Below are positions 43,001 to 50,847 of a stretch of 64,000 nt of DNA, piece by piece. The notes beneath the pieces were generated by a model. That model had not been told where the DNA came from. It saw nothing but the letters and a program-made list of their open reading frames with translations, and searched no databases. Every line of letters begins with the position of its first letter. Position 1 is the first letter of the stretch. Source of the DNA: Candidatus Eiseniibacteriota bacterium (GTDB lineage Bacteria; Eisenbacteria; RBG-16-71-46; CAVPCR01). The position numbers were made by a program, and so were the translations under genes. The stretch covers positions 800,001 through 864,000 of the forward strand of contig CAVPCR010000001.1 of the NCBI GenBank assembly GCA_963702435.1, read 5' to 3'.

Positions 43001-43098
43001 GCGCCGCGAGCCGCGGCATCCAGGTCGCGAGCGAGCTCGAGCGCCGCGTCGGCGGAAGGAGCAGCGAGGACGGACGCGGCGATCGCGGTCCGCTCCAT
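40078..43098 (-). CDS. TPR-repeat plus CHAT (caspase-like) peptidase
   Basis: Long TPR array; VERARSRAL, IVPHGPLHSLPF, catalytic His (HVAAH) and Cys (LSACQSG), SLWPV, HPYHWASF. Confidence 0.93.
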   Translation of the reverse strand: MERTAIAASVLAAPSADAALELARDLDAAARGALVEELAGLVLHLIRADARQALAVAERETLVAGGDPRLEARALWSRAHALVSLARHAEAAAHYERAAQAYRALGESRLAARTALGRIDALMYLGRYDEAIAVGKAARRVLVRCGDERSVYALDQNLGNILHRTDRPAAALRAYDRALASARSRGEEAPARWIQFNRANVLVSLGRFAEADAAYRETRSAAAAAGETRVVALVDYSRGYLALQRSEYGSAYASLDAARGAFEALGDTRYVALCHLDLAELLIEINSFVRARQQARLARALFEELGQRYESAKTTLFLAVAALGEGAPDRAAELIGESARAFRQEGNQAAEAHCDLLAGEIERRGGRLRAAERRLARAEERFAAERLKLRAAAAAIRRAALAVEEHEPTRAAAHLGRARRFLRGVESPWLRAQHDHVRGRLFRLGGEPRRALASIRRAVAGIESVRRRVGSDEFRVSYAADKAPVYADLVELILHTRRGARAVSESFAVVERARSRALVDLLAGRLGGAYERLDPAGQVLRRRLERLRSEAAWLAGAGADTGSGAGRKGRRAAGRHEVAQHDAAQRERARARLRARESEIADVMQRLARRDPALGALTQGETITLAEVEAALPAGTALVEYFFTPERAFAFVIESGGARVVTLPAGPERIAVAIGRLRFQIEKWGYGDDYASGREELLRAGIRRHLAEIAAMVWWPLAVDAPRLVIVPHGPLHSLPFHALPLAAAPPDPGSCAGDSAAVSTAGGHDLIDRAEISYLPSASTLRYLRHTADNGEEPTALIVGVEDEHIPKVHEEVDRVERLFAQKRVLRNREATLAAFSAAAGAADYLHVAAHAVFREDDPHFSALRLADGWLSLYDLYGLRLKARLVSLSACQSGRTWVGGGDEMVGLVRGFLHAGAASLVVSLWPVHDTTTADLMGEFYAAFRRGEPTPAALRTAMLRVRAAHPHPYHWASFVLVGAGGAMVAERPAASVGRKPAASATSPAASM

Positions 43099-43101
43099 GG
43101 C

Positions 43102-43761
43102 CTACCCGTCGTCGTCGGCGACCGCCATCGAACCGGCGGCGGGCAGCGGCAAGGCGCAGGAGAGAGCGCGTCCCCCGGCGGTGACGAGGATGGCGAGCCC
43201 CGGACGGTCCTCGACGGTGGCGGAGAACTCCCCGATCGCGTCGGCTTCGCCGGCCGCCAGGGTGTCATCGCGTGAAACGACGAGAAAGCGACTGCCGCTC
43301 GCCGCTTGCACCTCGTCTCCCCGCAGGTCGCTCACCTGACCGGTCAGCGCGAGCCGGCCGCCCTGGTGCTCGATGGCCAGATCGAGCTCGAGATCGGCGG
43401 TCTCGTAGCGCAAGCGCCGGCTCGTGACCGTGCCGCGCGCCGCGGCAAAGGAGGGCTCCCGGAGAGAATCGAAGACGAGACGGCCGGCCACCGCTTCGAG
43501 CCCCGCGAGCCACGCGCGAACGCGCTCGCGGAATGGCTCCGGTCGCGCCGGCGCGAAGAGATCGACGGCGCGCGCCACGACCGAGGCCAGCGGCTCGGGG
43601 GTGCGGTCGGCGCGCATGACGGCGAGCAGTCGTTCGACGTGAGCCAGCTCGGCCGCACACTCCGCACATCCGGCGAGATGGGCTTCGTGACGAGCCATGT
43701 CCGCGGCATCGATCCGCCCTTCGGCCAGATCGGCCAGCTCCACCGTCCGCAAGTGAGTCAT
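43102..43761 (-). CDS. Soluble zf-HC2 (ZAS) anti-sigma factor with C-terminal beta domain
   Basis: MTHL..HLAGCAEC motif; no TM helix. Alternative start at 43779. Confidence 0.85.
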   Translation of the reverse strand: MTHLRTVELADLAEGRIDAADMARHEAHLAGCAECAAELAHVERLLAVMRADRTPEPLASVVARAVDLFAPARPEPFRERVRAWLAGLEAVAGRLVFDSLREPSFAAARGTVTSRRLRYETADLELDLAIEHQGGRLALTGQVSDLRGDEVQAASGSRFLVVSRDDTLAAGEADAIGEFSATVEDRPGLAILVTAGGRALSCALPLPAAGSMAVADDDG

Positions 43762-43941
43762 GCGTGAGTCCGTCCCCATCGAGCCTCGGGCGCCGGTACG
43801 ACAGGCCTACCCCGCGAGGGCCGCCGGCCTGCCGGTCCGGGTGGCGAGAACACCTTCTCGCCTCGACAGACCTCCCGGGTCTTCGGAAAATACCGGCGCG
43901 CGCCCCCGGCATCCGTCCCCTGCGAGCAGAGGCGTCGCCGG

Positions 43942-44571
43942 CTAGCCACTCGGCGCCCCGTCGGTGGTGAGGCCCCGGTAGAGGCGGAGGAGCTTCTCGA
44001 GGCAGCGGGCCCGCGTCGGCCCGATCGAACCCATCGGCAAACCGAGCCGCTTCCCGATCTCGATGTAGGAGGGCTCCTCGGCCGCGTAATAGAGAAGATG
44101 GAGCAGCTCACGGCAGCGGCCGGGCAGTCCATCGAACGCCCGCCGGACGAGATGCTGCTCCTCGAGCCGCGCCATCTCCTCGGCAGGGAGCGGGTCGGGA
44201 TCGGGAATCGTACCGAGCACTTCGTCACTCTCGGGGACAGCCCGGCGCCGCGTGGCCGTGTCGAGACTCAGGCGACGCGCGGTGGTCACGAGCCAGGGGC
44301 GCAGGCGGCTCGGATCGCGGATCGTCGAGAGCCGCTCGACCAGCCGGGCGAAGGTGTTCTGAAAGACGTCGTCCGCTTCTTCCGGCGCGAGCCCGCTGCG
44401 CATGGGGATCGCATAGACCAGGCGCCGGTAGCGCAGCACGATGATCTCCCAGGCCCGGGCATCCCCGGCCCGGCAACGCGCCACGAGCTCGGCATCCGCA
44501 GGGCCGAGGTCGCGCGGCCGATCGGTCCCTGCCTCCGCACTCGGCGTTCGACTCGAACGTGCCGCCACCAT
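43942..44571 (-). CDS. ECF RNA polymerase sigma factor
   Basis: Region 2 (EADDVFQNTF..WLVTTARR) and region 4 (LPGRCRELL..SYIEIG..GSIGPTRARCL). Confidence 0.93.
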   Translation of the reverse strand: MVAARSSRTPSAEAGTDRPRDLGPADAELVARCRAGDARAWEIIVLRYRRLVYAIPMRSGLAPEEADDVFQNTFARLVERLSTIRDPSRLRPWLVTTARRLSLDTATRRRAVPESDEVLGTIPDPDPLPAEEMARLEEQHLVRRAFDGLPGRCRELLHLLYYAAEEPSYIEIGKRLGLPMGSIGPTRARCLEKLLRLYRGLTTDGAPSG

Positions 44572-44767
44572 GAACGCATTATATCGGTGCCGGCGGGCGG
44601 GCGGCGGGAGACATTGAGCCGCGGGCGACATCGGGCGGCGGGCGACATGAAGCCGCGGGGGACATCGGGTGGCGGGTCGCCCCCGGAAGGCGGCCCCCCT
44701 CCGGCGGCGCCCTCCCCCTCTGACCGGGGCGAGATCGAGTCCCGCTACACGAACTGGCCGCGGCCGC

Positions 44768-45628
44768 TCAGCCGAACAGCCGCTGCGCGGTCCCGCCGAG
44801 GACGGCAGCCTCGACCGCCGGCGGGAGATCGAGACCGCGGAAGGCGACCAGGTTCGTCTTGAGATCGGGGACGAGCGGGCCGGGCCAGTCGGTTCCCCAG
44901 AGCGTCCTCTCCGCCACCTGGGCGAGGCGCGGGAAGTAGTCGAGGAGCGCCCGGGGCGGGATCCCCGAGATGTCCATGAACACGTTCGGATGCCGCCGGA
45001 GAAGGAAGAAGCAGGTCTCCATGTAGAGCGGCCGCCCGCCGTGCGCCATGATGAGGGCGAGCTCCGGGTAGTCGACGGCGACATCGTCGATCGCCATCGG
45101 ATCGGCGTACTTGTTGCGAGCGCCCGGGAACACGGACGTGCCGGTGTGGATCATGATCGGCAACCCGCGCGCGATCGCCCGCTCGTAGACGCGGGCGAGC
45201 CCCGGGCAGCCGCCGCCGTCCCGGTAGGCGTTGGGCGCGAGGAGCTGGTGCGGCGGATGGATCTTCAAGGCGCGCACGCCGAGATCGGCGATCCGGTCCA
45301 CCTCGCCGCCCGGGTCCGTCGTGAAGCGCGGATGCACCGAGCCGAAGGGCAGGAGGCGCGCCGGCGCATGCCGCGCGTAGTCGGTGACGAAGGTATTCAC
45401 GCGCGCAGTGAAGCCCATGACCTCGGGGCTCACGTAGTTGACGAGCCCCACGCGCGCGACCCCCGCCTCGTCCATCATGCGGAGGAGGAGCTCCGGCTCG
45501 CGCATGACGCGGAGCACGTGCGCGAGATCGCGGCCTTGGGCCATGCGCGCCGCCGCCTCGGGGCGGAGCTCGTCCCAGGGCTGGACGTGGATGTGGATGT
45601 CGGTGACCGGTGCGGGCGCGGTGCTCAT
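44768..45628 (-). CDS. Amidohydrolase_2 family protein
   Basis: DIHIH, KIHPPHQ, IHTG, MAHGG and WGTDWP. Confidence 0.9.
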   Translation of the reverse strand: MSTAPAPVTDIHIHVQPWDELRPEAAARMAQGRDLAHVLRVMREPELLLRMMDEAGVARVGLVNYVSPEVMGFTARVNTFVTDYARHAPARLLPFGSVHPRFTTDPGGEVDRIADLGVRALKIHPPHQLLAPNAYRDGGGCPGLARVYERAIARGLPIMIHTGTSVFPGARNKYADPMAIDDVAVDYPELALIMAHGGRPLYMETCFFLLRRHPNVFMDISGIPPRALLDYFPRLAQVAERTLWGTDWPGPLVPDLKTNLVAFRGLDLPPAVEAAVLGGTAQRLFG

Positions 45629-45642
45629 CCGGCGTCCGCCGC

Positions 45643-47160
45643 CTAGCGCACGCGTACGAGGCGTCCCGTCGACGACGCCCCCGTCCCGGCGGCGTCGAGC
45701 ACGCGGTAGAAGTAGATCCCCGGCGCGACCGGGCGTCCCGCCGCGTCCTCGCCGCGCCAGACGAGCGGCCCGCGGCCGGCGAGCGCCGCCACCTTCCGCC
45801 CGGCGGCGTCCACCACCTCGAGCCGGAGGTCGCGAGCCCCCGCGGCGAAAGCGACCGCGTCGCGGAACGGGTTCGGTCCGACCGCGAGCGTCCCGAGCGA
45901 AGGCACCGCCGCGGCGCCGGGGTCGACGACCGAAGTTCCGCCCTCGGCGCCCGCGAGCTCGGCGAGCGCCGCCACCGCGCCGCGCGCCATCTCGGTCACG
46001 TAGTCGAGCGTGAGAGTCCCGATCAGGTCCTGGGGCGAGTGGTAGTAGGGATTCCAGTCGGGAGCTCCCCACAGCTGCGCGTCGATGTCGAAGGCAGCCG
46101 GATAGCCGTTCTCGGCGAAGAAGTAGTGGTCGCTCCCGTACTGCGGCCCGGCCGTGATAGTGAGATGCAGGGTGCAGGTCGTGTAGGTCTCGACGCAATC
46201 GCCGACGAACTGGCCCAGTGCGAGCGACACGCCCTGATCGACGTACCAGTTGGCATCCCACTCGGGATAGGCCGGGCTGACGTAGCCGATCATGTCGAGG
46301 TTCAGGACGGCGCGGACATCGTCATTCTGCGGAATGACCGTGCTCGTCACGTAGTGCTCGCTGCCGATGAGCCCCTGCTCCTCGCCGCTCCAGGCGATGA
46401 AGCGGATGGTGGCCTCGCAGTCGATGTCGGCGAGCACGCGCGCGGCCTCGACCACCGCCGCCGTGCCGCTCGCGTTGTCATCGGCTCCGGGCGCGCTGAT
46501 CGCCGGCTGGCCCGAGATCGAATCGTAATGACCGCAGATGATGTAGATCTCGTCGGGGCGGACCGCACCCGTCTTCTCGGCGATCACGTTGAACGCGGGA
46601 AAGCCGTTGACGGTGAAGAAGTCGAGCTCGACCGGGTAGCCCATCTCCTGGAAGCGATCGCGGAGGTAATGGCCGGCCGCGCGGCAGCTGTCGGTCGGCG
46701 CATGTCGCGTGCGGAAGTCTTGCAGTCGCTGGATGGTGGCCGCCACCTCCGGGGTCGACATGCGCCCGATGATGGCGGCGACGGCCGGATCGTAGTCCGC
46801 GATGCCGGTCGGGAGCGGCGGCGGCGTGCGGCGGACCGGCGGCCGGGGGGAGCCGTCGGCGGAGAGGCGCACGAGGCTCATGCCGCGCGCGGCGAGCTCC
46901 TCGACGGCGCTCGCCGGGCCCGTGACGAGCGTGCCGTGGCCGGAGGGACCCAGGATCTCGACGCCGGCCGGGAGCGGCCGGAGCCGCTCCGCCGGGCCGA
47001 AGACGAGGTAGGTCGGCGCGCCGGCGGCGCCCGGCGGCGGCGCGGCGGCGAGCGGGGTGACACCGAGAAGCAGGAAGAGGCAGAGAGCGAGAAGGACTGT
47101 AGACGCGCCGCACCGGAGGGGCGAACGCTCGACACCCGCGCCACTCATGGTCATGGTCAT
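45643..47160 (-). CDS. Secreted M28 aminopeptidase with FlgD-Ig/T9SS-like CTD
   Basis: GHYDS, GADDNASG, GEEQGL, NLDMIG, SDH, YHS; C-terminal GPNPF..DAAGR..PGIYFYR. Start is one of 47148, 47154 or 47160. Confidence 0.9.
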   Translation of the reverse strand: MTMTMSGAGVERSPLRCGASTVLLALCLFLLLGVTPLAAAPPPGAAGAPTYLVFGPAERLRPLPAGVEILGPSGHGTLVTGPASAVEELAARGMSLVRLSADGSPRPPVRRTPPPLPTGIADYDPAVAAIIGRMSTPEVAATIQRLQDFRTRHAPTDSCRAAGHYLRDRFQEMGYPVELDFFTVNGFPAFNVIAEKTGAVRPDEIYIICGHYDSISGQPAISAPGADDNASGTAAVVEAARVLADIDCEATIRFIAWSGEEQGLIGSEHYVTSTVIPQNDDVRAVLNLDMIGYVSPAYPEWDANWYVDQGVSLALGQFVGDCVETYTTCTLHLTITAGPQYGSDHYFFAENGYPAAFDIDAQLWGAPDWNPYYHSPQDLIGTLTLDYVTEMARGAVAALAELAGAEGGTSVVDPGAAAVPSLGTLAVGPNPFRDAVAFAAGARDLRLEVVDAAGRKVAALAGRGPLVWRGEDAAGRPVAPGIYFYRVLDAAGTGASSTGRLVRVR

Positions 47161-47316
47161 TGCTCCCGGATCCGGGGGATGGGCCAAATGCACCTCGGCT
47201 GTGGGGACGCCTACCGAGACGCTTCCATGGTAGCACGCGCCGCAGGCGGGAGCGCACCCGGTTCGACGGCGGGAAGTGAGGTGCAGCCGCGTCCGGATCG
47301 GCTAGAATCGCCTGCC

Positions 47317-48309
47317 ATGAGCCCACTCTCCCTCTTCTTCCGGCCGAGCCCCCTCCCCGTCGACCCGACGCGCGGCGCCGGGGACGAGGACCGCCCGTCG
47401 AAGCTCCTGCCCCTGGCCGAGGCCATCTCCCGCCACGTGCAGGGCGGCATGAGCATCGCTCTCGGCACCTTCATGGAGCAGAAGATCCCGTTCTCCGCGG
47501 CGCACGAGATCATCCGCCAGGAACGGAGCGATCTCGAGCTCGTCGGACCGATCTCCGACATCCTGTTCGATCAGATGATCGGCGCGGGAGTGGCGGCGCG
47601 CGTGCGCGCGGCGTGGGTCGGGAACGTGATGATGGGCTCCGCCCGCTGCTTCCGCCGCGCGATCGAGAAGCGGGAGCCGCGGCCGGTCGAGATCGTCGAC
47701 TACTCGAACCTGACCATGTCGCTCGCCCTCACGGCGGGGGCGCTCGGCGTGCCCTACCTGCCGACGCGCTCGACGCTCGGAACCTCGCTCCTCGCGGCCA
47801 ATCCCGGGCTCGCGCCCTATCAGCCCCCGTTCGGCGCTGCGAAGCTCGTCGCGGTCGAGGCGATCCGGCCCGACGTCGCGATCCTTCCCGTGCAGCGGAG
47901 CGACATCTACGGCAACAGCCACAACTGGGGCAACTTCGGCGTGAGCGTCGAGGCCGCTCATGCGGCGCGGGCGGTGATCCTCGTCGCCGAGGAGATCGTG
48001 GACGAGGAGGTCATCCTCTCCGATCCCAACCGCGTGATCTTCCCCGGCTTCCTGGCCACCGCCGTCGTGCACGACCCGTGGGGATCGCATCCCTCCCCGG
48101 TCCTGGGCTACTACAACCGCGACCACGAGTACTACGCGGAGTACGAGCGGGCCTCCCGCACGAGCGAGGGGTTCGACGACTGGCTCTACCAGACCGTGAT
48201 GGCGGTCCCCGACCGCCGCGCCTACCTCGAGCGGCTCGGCTCCCAGCGGATCGAGGCTCTTCGGATCCGCGAGCACGCCTTCGCCCACCCCGTCGACTAC
48301 GGATTCTAG
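47317..48309 (+). CDS. Family I CoA-transferase alpha subunit (glutaconate CoA-transferase A-like)
   Basis: LAEAI, AHEIIRQ, AGALGVPYLPTRS, PDVAILPVQRSD, EEIV, GYYNRD, ending VDYGF. Confidence 0.88.
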   Translation: MSPLSLFFRPSPLPVDPTRGAGDEDRPSKLLPLAEAISRHVQGGMSIALGTFMEQKIPFSAAHEIIRQERSDLELVGPISDILFDQMIGAGVAARVRAAWVGNVMMGSARCFRRAIEKREPRPVEIVDYSNLTMSLALTAGALGVPYLPTRSTLGTSLLAANPGLAPYQPPFGAAKLVAVEAIRPDVAILPVQRSDIYGNSHNWGNFGVSVEAAHAARAVILVAEEIVDEEVILSDPNRVIFPGFLATAVVHDPWGSHPSPVLGYYNRDHEYYAEYERASRTSEGFDDWLYQTVMAVPDRRAYLERLGSQRIEALRIREHAFAHPVDYGF

Positions 48310-48368
48310 TTCTAGACGCAGCTCGCCGAGTACGCGTCCGGCTCGACTCGCGCGCGCCGCGCGGGCCA

Positions 48369-48572
48369 AGATCCACGCTGGCCGCACGCTATGAAGCGGC
48401 GCTCGAAAAGCTGACGCCGGAGGATCAGCAGGCGATCGTCCTCCGCCTCGAGCAGGGCCTGAGCTATGCGACGGTCGCGGCCCGGACCGGAAAGCCGAGC
48501 GCCGATGCGGCGCGGATGGCCGTGACCAGGGCGCGCCTGCGTCTCGCCGAGGTGTTGCGCGACCAGATCTGA
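48369..48572 (+). pseudogene. Isolated ECF sigma region-4 fragment
   Basis: YEAALEKLTPEDQQAIVLRLEQGLSYATVAARTGKPSADAARMAVTRARLRL; no region 2 and no suitable start codon. Confidence 0.7.
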
Positions 48573-48637
48573 TCTCCTGTCATGGGATGCCCGCGTGAGC
48601 GCAACCGCAGCGCGCGCCGGCGGCGACCGAGTGGACT

Positions 48638-49345
48638 CTAGCGCGGGTTCGTGCCGTAGATGTCCATGTCGCGGATCATGGTCCGCCCCGGCAAGCACGC
48701 GAGGTGGACGATGGTCGCCGCGAGATCGGCGGCGTGCAGGAAGAGCCCCGGACCATGCTCCGGCCCCTTGTCCTCGCCGGTGTCGACGCTGCTCGGATTG
48801 AGCACCATCACCCGGATGTTGTGCTGGCGGACCTCGTACATGAGGGCCTGCGCGAACCCCTGGAGGCCGAACTTGGTCGCGGCGTAGGCGGCCCCGCCCG
48901 GATCCCCTTTCTTCCCGGACATCGAGCTGATCATGATGATGTCGGCGCGCCCCTTCCGGATCATGCCGGGGAGGAAAGCCTGCGTGGTCAGGAAGACGCC
49001 GGTCAGGTTGGTCTCGATCATCTTGTTCCAGACGTCGAGCGGCAGGTCCACCACCTGGGTGCCGAGCTTCACGGCGGCGGCGTTGTTGACGAGGAGGTCG
49101 GGGACGCCGAGCTCCTGGGTCACCGCCGCGGCCATGGCGCGGATCGCGGCCGGATCGCGCTGATCGCAGACGTAGGGACGGCAGCGCTGGCCGGCCGAGG
49201 CGGCGGCCGCGGCCAGCGTGTCCGGGCGGCGGCCGGTGACGGCCACCGTGGCGCCCGCCTGGGCGAGCGCCCGCGCGATGTGCCGGCCGATGCCGCGGCT
49301 CGCGCCGGTCACCACCGCCACCTTCCCCGACAGGTCGTAGCGCAT
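48638..49345 (-). CDS. Short-chain dehydrogenase/reductase
   Basis: TGASRGIG, NNA, catalytic Ser and YAATK. Confidence 0.93.
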   Translation of the reverse strand: MRYDLSGKVAVVTGASRGIGRHIARALAQAGATVAVTGRRPDTLAAAAASAGQRCRPYVCDQRDPAAIRAMAAAVTQELGVPDLLVNNAAAVKLGTQVVDLPLDVWNKMIETNLTGVFLTTQAFLPGMIRKGRADIIMISSMSGKKGDPGGAAYAATKFGLQGFAQALMYEVRQHNIRVMVLNPSSVDTGEDKGPEHGPGLFLHAADLAATIVHLACLPGRTMIRDMDIYGTNPR

Positions 49346-49358
49346 CGTTGGTCCCCCC

Positions 49359-50819
49359 CTAGGGTGTGATGCCGGCAGCCCGGCACATGATGGCGAACAG
49401 GCCCGTGTTCTCGATCACGCCGTGCACGACGGCGGGCGCGCCGGCGCCGAAGCCGTAGAGCGGGAGGTCGGTGCCGCCGTGCTCGCCGCCGCCCATGCGC
49501 ACGGCGGATGGATACGCGTAGTCGGGATCGGCGAGCTCGGTCGCCGTCGGCGCCCGGCGCTCGCCCGGCGCCCGCCCCGGCCCCGTTCCGAACACCAGCG
49601 TCGGAAAGGGCACGCTGTCGGCGTCCACACCGGCAGCGAGACCGAGGATGTCGCTTCCGAGCGGGCCGCCGCCGGCGATCGTCATCGTGTGATCGTGATC
49701 GCCGGTGACGAGGACGAGGGTCGAGGCGGAATCAACGCGGGCGAGAACGGCCGCGATCGCGCGATCGAAGGCGAGCGTCTCGACGAGGGCGCGGCGCGCC
49801 TGGTTGTCGTGCAGCGCGTGATCGATGCGCCCGCCCTCGACCATGAGGAAGAACCCGTCCGGATCGCGCTCGAGAATCGCGATCGCCTGCTCGGCCATCG
49901 CGGCGAGCGTGGGCTCGGTCGGGCGGGTCGCCGGGCGATCCACCTCGAGCGCCAGGTGGCTCGCAGCGAACAGGCCGAGGAGGCGCGGCGTGCGCACGGG
50001 ATCGACGGCGGCGAGACCCGCTGCATCCTCGACCACCTGGTAGCCGCGCGCGGCGAGCTCGCGCGTGAGATCGCGCCCGTCGCGGCGGGCGCCGGGCTCG
50101 CCGTCCCGGTCGATGACGGGCGCTCCGGCCGGGTCGCGCTCCGGCCGGAAGTAGCGGCGGCCACCGCCCAGGATGACCTCGATCCCGGCGCCGAGGGCCG
50201 GATTCTCGAGCAGGGCCAGCGCAATATCTCGCTCGTTGGCGCGACTATCCACGTGAGCGTAGCAGGATGCCGGCGTGGCGTGGGTGACGCGCGTGGTGGT
50301 GACAACACCGGTCGCCCAGCCGCGCGCCGCCGCGAGCTCGAGGAAGGTGCGAAGCGGGGCGCCGGCGACGAGCGTCGAATCGGGCCCCGGTGCGGCGCGC
50401 ACCGCGACCATGCCGTTCGCCGTCTTCTCCCCGGTCATCATCGCCGTCATCGCCGCCGACGAATCGGTGACCTGGGCGTCGGCGGAATAGGTGCGGACGA
50501 GCGCCGTCGCGGGAAACGCGTCGAACTCCAGGGCGGCCGCCTCCGGCGGCCGCGCGCCGGCGAGCTGTCCCTTGTAGATGCGCGCGGCGGTGATGGTGGC
50601 GATCCCGAGCCCGTCGCCGATGAAGAGGACGACGCCGCGCGCGGGCGCGACCGGGGAGGAAACGGCGGCGGCCGGCGGCGGAGATGGCGCGCTGCGGCTC
50701 GCCGGCGGCGGCGCGCCGCAGCCGGCCACGAGGAGGAAGGCGAGTGCCGCGCAGCACCGCGCGTCAAGCGCGCGCGGAAACGCTCGCCCGGCGCTCCGGA
50801 GCTCGATCCGGCGTGTCAT
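49359..50819 (-). CDS. phoA: Alkaline phosphatase (PhoA type), lipoprotein
   Basis: Lipobox LVAGC; FIGDG, TDSS, THATPA, EGGRIDHALH and GDHDH. Confidence 0.92.
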   Translation of the reverse strand: MTRRIELRSAGRAFPRALDARCCAALAFLLVAGCGAPPPASRSAPSPPPAAAVSSPVAPARGVVLFIGDGLGIATITAARIYKGQLAGARPPEAAALEFDAFPATALVRTYSADAQVTDSSAAMTAMMTGEKTANGMVAVRAAPGPDSTLVAGAPLRTFLELAAARGWATGVVTTTRVTHATPASCYAHVDSRANERDIALALLENPALGAGIEVILGGGRRYFRPERDPAGAPVIDRDGEPGARRDGRDLTRELAARGYQVVEDAAGLAAVDPVRTPRLLGLFAASHLALEVDRPATRPTEPTLAAMAEQAIAILERDPDGFFLMVEGGRIDHALHDNQARRALVETLAFDRAIAAVLARVDSASTLVLVTGDHDHTMTIAGGGPLGSDILGLAAGVDADSVPFPTLVFGTGPGRAPGERRAPTATELADPDYAYPSAVRMGGGEHGGTDLPLYGFGAGAPAVVHGVIENTGLFAIMCRAAGITP

Positions 50820-50847
50820 TTCCGGCCCGTTGCCCGTGCCGCCGCAA

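Noticed and set aside
40078..44571. Type III-E CRISPR (Craspase) locus
   Set aside because: No cas7-11, other cas genes or array in the window; the resemblance is only mechanistic.
45610..48309. 899-aa ORF as an N-terminally extended CoA-transferase
   Set aside because: The first ~570 codons are antisense to the M28 gene; the real start is 47317, after TAGAAT.
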